This document shows positions 14,501 to 26,173 of a DNA stretch of 64,000 bases, in pieces; positions within the stretch are counted from its first letter, which is position 1; the number at the start of each line of letters is the position of its first letter. Source of the DNA: Phaeosaccion multiseriatum. Lineage: Eukaryota > Protista > Ochrophyta, other classes. The stretch lies in the NCBI GenBank assembly GCA_965112735.1, contig OZ218950.1, positions 62,001 through 126,000 on the forward strand. The letters run 5' to 3'. Made by a program: the position numbers and the translations under genes. The notes below the pieces were generated by a model. It searched no databases, was not told the DNA's origin, and was given only the letters and a program-made list of their open reading frames with translations.

Positions 14501-14933
14501 TCTGGGGCAAAAGACAGCGTAGGTCCTAAGCCCTCACAAAGCAGCCCCCCCCGCCTCATCTCCCCCCTCTCTGATCTGTCCCTTACCTGCTCCAGTGAGG
14601 AGCACGACCCGGCAGTCGGAGTCTGCGGCCAGCTGCTGGAAGCAGGGCCCTATCTCCCAAAAGAACTGCCGGCACATGGCGTTGCTCGTCTTCGCGCGGT
14701 CGATATCCACCTGTGTTTGTTGTTCATTTGGCTGAGAATGTCATTCCTCCTCCTTCTTCATGCTGCCTTACCTGCATCACGCCCTCTCTTGGCAAGGTCA
14801 CTCGCAGCGTCTCGAACTCTTGGTAGCCCTCTTGCTGCTCTCCCGTCTGGGCCGAGAGGTTCCTCACGCCAAGAGGTGACAGCACTTTTCTCCAGAGTGA
14901 GCCCGCCAAGGCGCTACCGCTTTGGCGAAGCAT
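11549..14933 (-). CDS. ECH1: Delta(3,5)-Delta(2,4)-dienoyl-CoA isomerase (crotonase/enoyl-CoA hydratase family), multi-exon
   Basis: Exons translate to VDIDRAKTSNAM...DSDCRVVLLTGA, CPKPVIAAMHG, VDLIACADVR, YCSSDAYFSVAEVSLGLCADLGTLQRLPRLLGSDSLARELIYTAR, EIAQKSPIAVQGSK and MNYSRDHSLDDALRFQAMWS...KYDDV*. Confidence 0.88.
12137..12617. repeat. Intronic (CT)n-rich pyrimidine tract
   Basis: ~480 bp of CT/CCT repeats inside an ECH1 intron. Confidence 0.9.
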
Positions 14934-15173
14934 ACTCCCCCTCAAAACTCCCTCACTTGTGGTGCTCTGTTCCCACCCCCCAAGAGAAGTTGAAGATCGA
15001 ACGAATTTGAAGAGGCGAGGGCATGAGGAGTTGGTCACACAGCGCCAGCCTGTGAGATCCCCACACACAGCGATCCAAAATCCAACAGAGAAGGGGCCAA
15101 AGAAGAAGGTAGAGAGGGAGAGAGGGAGGTGATGTGAAAGGAGAATCGCCGGGAGGATAGCTGCTTTTCGGGG

Positions 15174-16364
15174 ATGGAGGAGACTGCGGAGATCGCTCCG
15201 GCCATCAAGAACGGCGTTGGCAGCTCGACGAGCACCTTGAGCGCCAACAACAGCACAAGCACCGACAGCCACAAAAGCGGCGGTGTACGCATAGACTTGG
15301 AGGCGATTACGCAGGAGAATGTGGGGGAGCTGCGGCACCTCAATCTGGCCATCTTTCCGGTCCGATACCACGACAAGTTCTACAGGGAGGTGATTCACAC
15401 GCCCACCCAGTTCACGAGATTCGGTACGATACGGTAGACGTGCTCCATCTGGACAGCCCCAGACAGCCCCAGCTCTCGAAGAGGGGGAGAGGAGAGAGCA
15501 GGTGCTCTTCGAAATAGCAGAGAAGGCTGTTTTTGCTATGAAAATGCCTGCCCTCTCTTCCTTCTGCGGTCCTTGCTCCTCCCGTCTCTTCTCCATGCTG
15601 ACCTGAGGAGAGAGCAGGTGCTATTCGAGACAGCAGAGAAGACTCATCCCCCTTTCTACACCCCCCCCCCCCCCCTCTCTCTCTCTGTGGCGATGGCCGC
15701 ACAGCGGTTTTCAATGGCATTATTGTGGGGGCCATTTGCTGTCGAGTAGAGGCATGCTCGCCCGGAGTCCGAAGGGGCGGGGGGGGGCAGGCGGGGGGGG
15801 TGGGAGAAGCAGCGAGAGCAGCAGCAGCAGCAGGAAGAGGAGCAGGAGGAGGAACGGCGATGGAGGGAGGTGTGAGTGGCTTTGCCGATGGAGCTGCCAG
15901 AGAGAAGCTTTATCTCATGACCCTTGGTGTGCTTGCAGCCTACCGAGGGCGGGGCATCGGCAGCGCGCTCTTGCGGATGGCGCTTGACAACTTGAGCCTC
16001 TTTCCCAACGTGTGCGAAGTGTACCTTCACGTGCAGTCCTCCAACGAAGACGCCATCAAGTGAGTGATTTGGTGATACAGAGGAAGTGGGTATGTGAGGA
16101 GTGAGTGAGGGAGTGAGTAATTTAGTCAGTGAGTGAGTGATTGAGTGAGTGAGTGAGTCTGTCAGTGAGTTATGTTGTGGAGTGAGTGAATGGCTTGGTC
16201 TTGGGTGCTGTCGTGTTTTTTTTTCATGACCCGCCTTGAGAGTGAGCGGGCGCAAGTAGAGTGTCTGCTACTCTTACGCACCCACACACGCACCCACACA
16301 CGCACCCACACACTCACTCACTCACCCACACACTCACACACTCACTCACTCACTCACTCACTCA

Positions 16365-16401
<37 letters not shown>

Positions 16402-16568
16402 GCTCCGTGCCTTTCGCAATGAATGATTTTGTCCACAGCTTCTACGAGCGCTTCGGCTTCGTGAGGGGCGAACTCGTCAAAGGCTACTACAAGCGCATTG
16501 AACCGCCCGACTGCTACGTACTAAGGCTGCCGTGCAATCAGCAGCAGCCGCAGCAGAAGCATTCTTAG
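15174..16568 (+). CDS. NAA50: N-alpha-acetyltransferase 50 (NatE catalytic subunit, GNAT), 3 exons
   Basis: LRHLNLAIFPVRYHDKFY, IVGAICCRVE, KLYLMTLGVLAAYRGRGIGS, VYLHVQSSNEDAIKFYERFGF, YYKRIEPPDCYVL. Exons ~15174-15424, ~15705-16059, ~16439-16568. Confidence 0.92.
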
Positions 16569-16673
16569 TCACGGCTGCGCTTAGCCCAGGGCACCCAAGA
16601 CTGCTCGTGGGGGGCGCAAAGAGAAGGGATACGCGAGACACGCCATCGGGCGGTCGGGCTGAAGCGGTGCCGC

Positions 16674-16976
16674 CTTGTGATCACTGACATATTGGCTCCG
16701 CGTCTTGTGATCACTGACATACTGGCTACTCGTCTTGTGATCACTGACATATTGGCTACTCGTCTTGTGACCACTGACATATTGGCTACTCGTCTTGTGA
16801 TCACTGACATATTGGCTACTCGTCTTGCGATCACTGACATATTGGCTACTCGTCTTGTTATCACTGACATATTGGCTACTCGTCTTTGTTATCACTGACA
16901 TATTGGCTACTCGTCTTGTGATCACTACTGACATATTGGGTACTCGTCTTGTGATCACTGACATATTGGCTACTCG
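16674..16976. repeat. 30-bp minisatellite, 10 copies (CGTCTTGTGATCACTGACATATTGGCTACT)
   Basis: Contiguous near-identical units with no spacers; one 31-bp and one 33-bp variant. Confidence 0.95.
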
Positions 16977-17940
16977 GGAGAGGTCGAAGAGAGCCTCCAG
17001 GCAGACCTTCTCCCCAAGCCCCCTCTGCGGCTCTGGGGCTGTGAGGCTGTGAGGCTGTGGGCATGCAGGCTTAACGCTCACCTCCCCGCCTTCGGTACAG
17101 TACTACTGGGGGAAGGAAGGAGAAGGCCCCTCTCCGGCCCAGGAGCGCGGAGCACTGCCACGGAAGAAGTGAAGAAGTAAGTGGTGCCGGCCCGTTCAAC
17201 GCCCGCGCTACGGTACCGCTTCCCGCTCTTCTGCTCTGCACCCAAGGGCGGGGACTGCGAGTGTGCGAGTAGGACAAGTCCGCCCTGGACACTCAGCGCT
17301 GGGCAGAGCTCATCGCGTAGTTCGAACACGTTGAGACCGACTGTAAGGCCGCGAGGCGGGGGGGAATGGTGGCAGCTCTCTCGACGGTAATTCTACTCGG
17401 CCACGGCCACGCACCGTGCTTCACTCACCTCAGGGCGGGCATGGATGCGTGAGTCTTAGTTAGCTGTGATGGGTCTGAGGGAAAAGAGGTGGTGGAAGTT
17501 GTGGAAGTGGTAGAGCTGAGCGGGCAGGCACGGGTGTTCTCGACCATCTAGATCGGGCCTTGTGCTCGACCACCTAGATCGGGCCTGAAGGGTGGAGCCA
17601 CGGCTTGGGCTAATGTCTTGCGGCGGGGGGGGGCTATCGCAGCCCGGCTACCGAGGCGCCTATGAGGAAGCAGCCTTCTCCTTCTTCCTCTTCAAGTACA
17701 CGTGCTTGCCCGTCGACTGGCCAGGCTTTGAGTTGGAAGGCTTACTGGCCTGGCAGGGAGAGCCTACTGCCACTGCCGAGGGTACAAGTCAAATAGCGCG
17801 CTAAAAGCTAAAAGACAAGAATGTTCTTTGGCTGTTGGGTCTTCGTCAACTCACAGTTGGCGGCTGGAATAGAGGAGGAAGAGGGGAAAAAAAAAAGAAA
17901 ACAAAAAAGAAGTAGGCTGCCTCAGAGCGGGGGCTGGGCT

Positions 17941-19494
17941 ATGTCTCTGAGGCAGTGCACGCTAGCCTGGCCGGCTTTCCTCACTTGCTCGGGCCACGCT
18001 TTGAGCACAGAGAAGCAGGAGATTATGGGGCTGCTTCTTGGGCACTGGGGAGAGGGTGGGGCGGCGGGCGTCAGCCGGCAGGTGTTCGTGGAGCACGCTA
18101 TGGTGCTGACGCGGACAGATAAGCGCAAGGACAGGGTGGAGGTTGGAGTGCAGCAGCTGGCGGAGGCGAGCTCTCTGTGCGAGGAGATGGGCAGGAAGGT
18201 GGGCAGGACGCTGCGGGTGGTGGGCTGGTACCACAGCCACCCGCACATCACGGTGCATCCCAGCCACGTCGACGTGAGGACCCAATGGTGAGGACGGGGT
18301 GGGGGGTGGCGGTGGAAGATATAATGAATAAGAAGAAAGCTTGATGTTTTTCGCCAAGCGTCCTTTTCACCTCCTTTGCCTTACTCTCCCGAACAGGCAA
18401 TACCAAATGATGGACAAAGGCTTCATCGGCCTCATCTTTAGTGTCTTCGTGGAGAACAAGACTACAAATGTGAGCTGACTGCGATGCGCAAGGCATTTTG
18501 TATGCGTACTCTCTCCCCTCCCCTCTCTCTCTGTCTCGCTTCCTCACTCTCTCTCTCTCTCTCCTTCTCCTTCTCCTTCTCTCTGGCAGGTGAATAAGAT
18601 CGAGGTGACGGCCTTCCAAAGCATGCCCAACCCGGGCGGGGGCGACAACGTGGAGAAGAAGATTGAGTTGCGCATCGCCAACGCCGCCAAGAAGCCCGGA
18701 GTCACAGATGGCAGTGGAGGTCCAACAGGGGCACCGGCTGGAGGCACCACCGTCCCCCTGGCAGACGCCCTGTCCAAGCTGGTGGGGCTCCAGGTGAGGC
18801 TGTGTGTGTGTGTGTGCAGTAGGGGTTTATGCCTCGATGGCAGCGGATGGCGCCGCAGTGTGTGTGCTGCTCTCTGCCCTCTGCTCCCTCCCCCCCCCCT
18901 GAATCCTCGATGCCCCTCGATGCCGCGCCTCCCTCGTGCGCACAGGATACGCTCTTCGGAGAGGAGAGGGCCGCCTATCTCGAGGCCTTGGAGCAGAACG
19001 AAGTCATCTCCATTCAGGTATATGGGCACAGCGTTGTGTGTCCACCATCATATGATGCTGTATTTCTCTCTGCGCTGTGACAGCGCTCACTACTCACTCA
19101 CGTGGCGTGGAGGAGCTTAAGCCCATTTCAAGAGGAGCTGAGCATTTTCAGAGTTCCTCTCTCTCTTCCCCCCCCCCCTCTCCCTCACACCTCCGTCCCT
19201 CTCTCCCCCGGGCAGGCGGGCATTGACGGCTCCTCGGGCTCCTCAACGTCGGGCCCTGACAGAGGCGCGGATCTGATGAAGCGTATGTACTGCTCCGCTG
19301 TGTACCAAAAGGCGCTGACTTGCCTCATGGGGGAGAGCACTGTACCTCTTACACACGCCCTTCGCTCGCACCTGGGCAATCTGGAGGGACGGAGGGAGGC
19401 CCTCAGGGAAGGGAACATGGCTCTACGGCAGCGGCTCACATCAGAGCAGCAGGGGCGTTGTGATGAACTCATGGCCGAGGTGAGGGGGGCGTGA
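17941..19494 (+). CDS. BRCC3: BRCC36-like Lys63-specific JAMM/MPN+ deubiquitinase, multi-exon
   Basis: HALSTEKQEIMGLLLG, LTRTDKRKDRVEV, VVGWYHSHPHITVHPSHVDVRTQ (intact JAMM motif), YQMMDKGFIGLIFSVF, IEVTAFQS, C-terminal coiled coil. Confidence 0.92.
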
Positions 19495-19777
19495 GGAAGG
19501 GGAAGGGAAGAACGGGGAAGGGGCGGGGGAAGGGATGGGGGTAACGGGGGCGTTGCTTCTCTTCTCTCCCGGCGTAGCGCTTAGCGGAGTGGGTGGGTGG
19601 GTGGGTGAGGAATGTTCTTCTCTCTGGTTGGGAATGTTCTTGAGTTTGGCGGGCCTGGACAGGCGCTTGCCGGTGTGCACAGAACACGTAAGTAAGTAAG
19701 CACCTCCTTTCGTTCCTTTCTCACTCGAGCTTTCCCTAATGTCGCACTCTGGTTGGAACGATACCTCTCACTCATTA

Positions 19778-20153
19778 CGTGTGTGTGTTGTGTGTGTGTG
19801 TACTGTGTATGTTGTGTGTGTACTGTGTATGTGCTGTGTGTATACTGTGTATGTGCTGTGTGTATACTGTGTATGTGCTGTGTGTATACTGTGTATGTGC
19901 TGTGTGTATACTGTGCATGTGCTGTGTGTATACTGTGTATGTACTGTGTGTATACTGTGTATGTACTGTGTGTGTACTGTGTATGTGCTGTGTGTATACT
20001 GTGTATGTGCTGTGTGTACTGTGTATACTGTGTGTATACTGTGTATGTGCTGTGTGTATACTGTGCATGTGCTGTGTGTACTGTGTATGTACTGTGTGTA
20101 TACTGTGTATGTACTGTGTGTATACTGTGTGTACTGTGCATGTGCTGTGTGTG
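19778..20153. repeat. ~20-bp minisatellite (TGTGTATACTGTGTATGTGC-like)
   Basis: Directly visible degenerate tandem repeat. Confidence 0.9.
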
Positions 20154-21818
20154 CTTTTCTGTGGCAGCGGCTGGAGGAGCCCCGATCTTCACAGTTGGCA
20201 GCACACGAGGCGGCGGGGGTGGTGCTTCAGGCCTCGGGGGGCACACACACACACGGGGAGGGCGGGCAGGGCCTGGCGCCGAGGGCAGAGGCGCTGGCAT
20301 GGGCAGAGAGGGGCGCCGACATCTTTCCACTCCAGGTGGGCAGGGAGGGATATATTTATTGACTCAATAGGAAGCACCGGGGGGGCAGGGACTGGTGGCG
20401 CTTGCGTGCACTCAGCCGCATCGCCCCACCTGAGTACGGGGGGGCGTGAGAGCTTGTCAGAGTGCTTGTCGGACAACGAGACGCGGAGGACGGACAGGGA
20501 ATGAGGGGTGGAGGCGAGCACGTGTCCTGGGTAGCCATCCATCCATTGCCATCCATCCATCCATTGCCATCCATCCATCTACCTGCCCACCCGTGTGCCC
20601 ACCCCTCCCCCTCACTTTGACCCATTGCACTTTGCACGTTGCCTTGCCTCCTTCTTTCTCGACCCCCACCCTCTTGTGACGGTGGACTGGACTGGACTGG
20701 ACGGTATCTCCATGGTCTCGGTGCGTGGGTGAACAGCAGGGCACCAAGGACGAGGCGGTGACTGGCAAGGCGGTGACCTGCCGTATCATCAGGCGGCTGG
20801 GCAGGAGGAGAGGGAGGGAGGGGGGTTGTTGCCAGTGGTGCATATCCCTGGATGGAGGGAGGGAGCAGCCGCTGCAGAGTATGAGCGTGACGGGGGATTT
20901 GATGCGGCTGACGCATCGGACAGCGAGAGGAGGGGGGGGGGAGGAGCTGCACACGGTGGCGAGGTGCCCCTCCGCGGAGAGCGCTCACTTGTGGGCCGCC
21001 GTGGCGTATGCGCTGTACCCCAAGGCCGCCGCTGCTGTATCACCAACTGCTGTGCCTGCTGCTGCAGCGGAGAGCGAGGCTGCATTGCCCTCCGACTGAG
21101 TGACTTTTCGCTTTGGCTTTTGCTCGCTTCTCTAGTTCTTGGTTCTATCGCGGCTTGGCTGGTGGTTGAGTTATTGCTCTCGTGCCCTGCCCCCACCAAG
21201 AAGGCATCCACCCTCTTGACTAGCTAGGCTCGTGCAGTGGAGTGGAGGCTTGGAGGCTCTATTGCAGTGGAGAGGTGGAGTTGAGTGAGTTGGAGAGGAG
21301 TGGGGTAAAGTGGGGTGATGTACAGAGAGGAGACGAGTCCAACACGCCTGACTTTGCGGCCATGCCTGGGCTTGACTCCTCTCTTCACACACACACACAC
21401 ACACACACACGGGGCAGGGCTGCAGTAGACACGAGAGGGAGTGCAATTAATCAATCAATCCATACACTGATCATCAAGTGAGCTTACGTACCCCATCCCC
21501 CCAGCGGGCCTCGTCTTCAAGTCAGTTCCAAGCCCCCTCCTCGGATTCTGTGTGCCATCCATCTACCATCAAGCCTTCCTTCTATACCTGTAACCGATGT
21601 CGTGCCAAGTCATCTCTGCAGCTCCAGCGCCAAGTGACACACACAGTGTTCCCGTAGGCTGCCAAGTCCATTGTGAATGTTAAAACCATTCGTTCGCCCC
21701 CCCCCCCCGCAATGAAGAAAAGTGTGTGGCGAGTGGGGCAATTCACTTCAACTGACTTACTCTACGGTTCGCCCATTGCACGTGCCAAGCTTCACTGCGG
21801 ATTAAGGCCATCGGGTCA

Positions 21819-23197
21819 CTAAATCCCAAGTCCCGAGGTATCAGCAGCAGGGCCCTCCACACGCACGCACGCTCGCAGCGCCTTCCGTCCGCGTATCTTC
21901 TTCTCACTCGCCGTCACCATGCTCTCCTCCAGCACCGCCCACTCCTCCTTCAGCTTGTCGCCATCATCATCCCCCCCTGCTCCTCCTGAGCGATAGCGGT
22001 GGTAGGCAGACACAAAGCCTCGGATCGTGCTCTCCAGGCTCGCCCCCTTCCTCTTTGTGCGCACAGCGAGGTGGGGCAGCAGCAACACTTTACTCGGGCC
22101 CACAGCCACCACCACGCCATTCGATAGCTCCCTGTCCCGACGACCGCAGAAGGCCGTGGCAGCATCAGCCCCACCATCTTCCAGCCCCCTCCACAGGCCA
22201 CAGGGCAGCTGAATCTCATCCCCGACATGAAGCCCCAGCCCCACAAGCATCTCCTTCCCTTCCTCCTTCCTCTCCTCCTCTCCCCCAGGCATTGAAGGGG
22301 GGCATTTTGCCCTCTTGCTTCCTCTCCCATTGATGTCCTCCGCAGCTCCTCGCTTGGGCACAGGCGTACACCGGGCATTCTCCTCCTTCTGCTCCGCTCC
22401 CTCCCTCTTCACTCGTGCATGCCTCTCGCACATCCCACCTTGCTGCCTCTGCTTCTCGCACCCCTCAAAGTACACCTCTTCCGTACCACCACAGCCCCGT
22501 GCCCTTTGCAAAGTCCTCCCCGTTGCGACTGCTTCTCGCACCCCTCAACTGTACACTTCTTCCGTACCACCACAGCTCCATGCCCAAGGCAAAGTCCCCC
22601 TTGGACCCGTACCTTATCGCACCCCTCAACAGTACACCTCTTCACCACAGCTCCATGGGCCACACAAAGTCCTCCCAGTCGCGACTGCTTCTCGCACCCC
22701 TCAACAGTACATCTCTTCCGCACCACCACAGCTCCATGGGCCTGGCAAAGTCCTCCTTGGACCCGTACCCGTGCCTTCTCGCACCCCTCAACAGTACACC
22801 TCTTCCGTACCACCACAGCGCCGTGCCCAACGCAAAGTCCTCCTTGGACCCGTACCTTATCGCACCCCTCAACAGTACACCTCTGCACCACAGCCCCGTG
22901 CCCTTTGCAAAGTCCTCCCCGTTGCGACTGCTTCTCGCACCCCTCCACACTACACCTCTTGGTCACAGCTCCATGGGCCACGCAAAGTCCTCCTCGTACC
23001 TGCCCCTTCCCGCACCCCTCAACAGTACACCTCTTCACCACAGCCCCGTGCCCAACGCAAAGTCCTCCTTGGATCCGCAGCTTGTCGCACCCCTCAACAG
23101 TACACCTCTTCGGTACCACCACAGCCCCGTGCCCAACGCAAAGTCCTCCCTGTTGCGACTGCTTCTCGCACCCCTCCACAGTACACCTCTTCGGCAT
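21819..23197 (-). pseudogene. WRKY19-like C3H zinc-finger repeat gene, copy 1 (10 repeats), frameshifted
   Basis: Repeats of KRCTVEGCxKxxxxGGLCxxHGAVV. A 1-nt loss at ~22468 (CCCCTCAAAG vs CCCCTCAACAG) separates the fingers from the C-terminal domain in ORF 21819-22541. Confidence 0.8.
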
Positions 23198-24971
23198 TTT
23201 CACAACTCCGCGCCCTTCAAACAATCCTCCTTGCACCTCCTTTGCGTTTCTTCAACAGGTCCAAATCCACCTTAGGGCATAACGCGCTTCAAGTCCATCC
23301 ACTGCGTCTGCTCTTTCACTGTCTCTCTCGATCCACCTGAGAAATAGGGTCTTATCCTGACGAGGAGCGAAAATTGAATGCTTCAGTCTGAAGACATAAT
23401 GAGGTTGTTCCAAGCGCCTGGCCCAAGTGGTAACGACACCAGGGTACTCGAGAACCAAACGAATGCTTGCTACGCCAACTCGAACGCTTCCAACAAGTCC
23501 GCGCCGCGTGTCTGAAGTTAGGGAGGGGGGAAGATGGGGAGAGAACTTTATTGACTTAGGAAGATGGGGAGATGGGAAGAAGGGAGGAGCCCAGGAACAT
23601 GCGATTTAGTTTCAGTTTCCATTCATTCGCCTAACTATATATAACCCGACCTCCCCCCCCCCCCCCGTCTGTGACACCGGGAGTGGAGGGGACAGTTTGT
23701 GTAAAACACGTACGATAGCAGTGAGCTAAGCTCTACCTCTGCGATGCTCCCTTCCATCTGCCCAGTCTGACGAGCCTGCACCTCATGGAAGGCTTGCCAT
23801 TACCGGCGCCACTCCCCTCCCCCCTCCCCCCTGCCGCACCGCACCAGCTACAACGCGCTGCTGACGACAAGCGCCAAAAACAAAGCACTTGCTGCTTTCT
23901 AGTCCCCCACCAGCTACTGCTGCTGCGTCTGCGGTTGTTGCTCGCTGCTGCTGCGATTGGTCTTACCGCTGCTCGTGCTGCTACTCCAGCCAGTGGATTC
24001 AGTCGCCCCGCTCGCCGCCCCTTGCACCCTCCAGCCTCCCTCATCTTCTATTCCAGTTTCTTCCCTGAAGACGACTGCCTACACCCAACGGAGGATGCTC
24101 ACCCCTTGACCCCCTGCGGGAGCCTAATCTGACATCGTTCCAACGCGTCTTCTCAGCTCCGCTCCACGCCCACCTCTCCCTTCCTTCGCTTTCTCTGATT
24201 CGCTCGCCCCTCCTACTACGCTGAGCCCACGGCTGTCCTCTCCTCTCCGACTCGACCCTTTTGCTGCCCATCGGTGTGACGGGTGGATGGCGTCGGCCTA
24301 CATCCATAGATACATCCCTCTATGTTTCCCCCCTCTCGTGGTCCCTGTTGCACCTTCACTGACTTACAACCGAGTGATGATGGCGTTCAGCTGCTCCTCG
24401 TCGTACACTTTATAGCCCGCCGCCTACCAAGGGGATGGCAGTGGATGGGCCGAGGGAAGGGGGAAGAGGATGCACGAGAGAGTGATTACTTAGAGTTCCA
24501 GTTCCAAAGAAGGGTGAACATGAGACAATATACGACTCACGCTCTTGCTGCTGTATCCACTGCCATCCCCTGTCTCAATCCACCCCCCTGCGTGCCCCTC
24601 CCCATCCACTGCCACCCCTTGAGGGCGGAGAGCAAAGACATAAATACACGAATACACAGTGGAGAGAGAGAGAGGAAGGCGTGCATGGACAGGTATAAGG
24701 ATGGCAAGAGCACCCGACTGGTGTTGAGGGAGGGGGGTCAGGGGGGTCAACAGAGATCCCAGAGGTGGTGGAGTGGAGTGGTGTGAACAGAGGAGAGGCA
24801 TCCACCCTCTTGATTGGTTAGGCTCGTGCAGTGGAGTGGAGGCTTGGAGGCTCTATTGGAGTGGAGAGGTGGAGTTGAGTGAGTTGGAGAGGAGTGGGGT
24901 AAAGTGGGGTGATGTGCAGAGAGGAGACGAGTCCACTGACTTTGCGGCCATGCCTGGACTTGACTCCTCTC

Positions 24972-25032
<61 letters not shown>

Positions 25033-25436
25033 GGCAGGGCTGCAGTCGACACGAGAGGGAGTGCAATCAATCAATCAATCAATCCATACACTGATCCTCT
25101 CCCCCCACCCCCCCCCACCCCCCCGATCTTCAAGTCACTTCCAAGCCCCCTCCTCGGATTCTGTGTGCCATCCATCTACCATCAAGCCTTCCTTCTATAC
25201 CTGTAACCGATGTCGTGCCAAGTCATCTCTGCAGCTCCAGCGCCAAGTGACACACACAGCGTGCCCGTAGGCTGCCAAGTCCATTGTGAATGTTAACCAC
25301 CATTCGTTCGCCCCCCCCCCCCCCCCGCAGTGAAGCACAGTGTGTGGCGAGTGGGGCAGTTCACTTCAACTGACTTACTCTACGGTTCGCCCATTGCACG
25401 TGCCAAGCTTCACTGCGGATTAAGGCCATCGGGTCA

Positions 25437-26173
25437 CTAAATCCCAAGTCCCGAGGGATCAGCAGCAGGGCCCTCCACACGCACGCATGCTCGCAGCGCC
25501 TTCCGTCCGCGTATCTTCTTTGCACTCGCCGTCACCATGCTCTCCTCCAGCACCGCCCACTCCTCCTTCAGCTTGTCGCCATCATCATCCTCCCCTGCTC
25601 CTCCTGAGCGATAGCGGTGGTAGGCAGACACAAAGCCTCGGATCGTGCTCTCCAGGCTCGCCCCCTTCCTCTTTGTGCGCACAGCGAGGTGGGGCAGCAG
25701 CAACACTTTACTCCGGCCCACAGCCACCACCACGCCATTCGATAGCTCCCTGTCCTGACGGCCGCAGAAGGCCGTGGCAGCATCAGCCCCGCCATCTTCC
25801 AGCCCTCTCCACAGGCCACAGGGCAGTTGAATCTCGTCCCCGACATGAAGCCCCAGCCCCGCAAGCAAACCCACCCCGTTCCCATCCTCCAGTGCCTCCT
25901 TCCTCTCCTCCCCTCCGCCAGGCATTGAAGGGAGACATTTCGCCCTCTTGCTTCCTCTCCCATTGATGTCCGTCACAGCTCCTCGCTTGGGCATAGGCGT
26001 ACACCGGGCATTCTCCTCCTTCTCTTCCGCTCCCTCCCTCTTCACTCGTGCATGCCTCTGGCACATCCCATCTTGCTTCCGCTGCTTCTCGCACCCCTCA
26101 ACAACACACTTCTTCACCACAGCTCCGTGGGCCTGGCAAAGTCCTCCTTGGACCCGCTGCTTGTCGCACCCCT
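25437..26173 (-). pseudogene. Zinc-finger repeat gene copy 2, 3' part (downstream of retrotransposon insertion)
   Basis: GCDKQRVQGGLCQAHG...CVVEGCEKQRKQDGMCQRH plus a C-terminal domain near-identical to copies 1 and 3. Confidence 0.88.

Noticed and set aside
16674-16976. CRISPR array (30-bp repeats)
   Set aside because: Units are contiguous with no unique spacers, there are no cas genes, and the context is eukaryotic
19739-20504. Cys/Val/Tyr-rich ORFs here, and similar SLSL, HTHT, QTDR and CVCV ORFs elsewhere
   Set aside because: Translations of microsatellites, not real proteins
22430-23190. CRISPR-like repeat/spacer pattern in the 75-81 bp repeats
   Set aside because: The pattern is fully explained by in-frame zinc-finger coding repeats on the minus strand
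21202-24795. Array unit as a Helitron or DNA transposon
   Set aside because: No transposase/Rep-helicase, terminal inverted repeats, CTRR hairpin end or TSD could be identified; tandem duplication suffices
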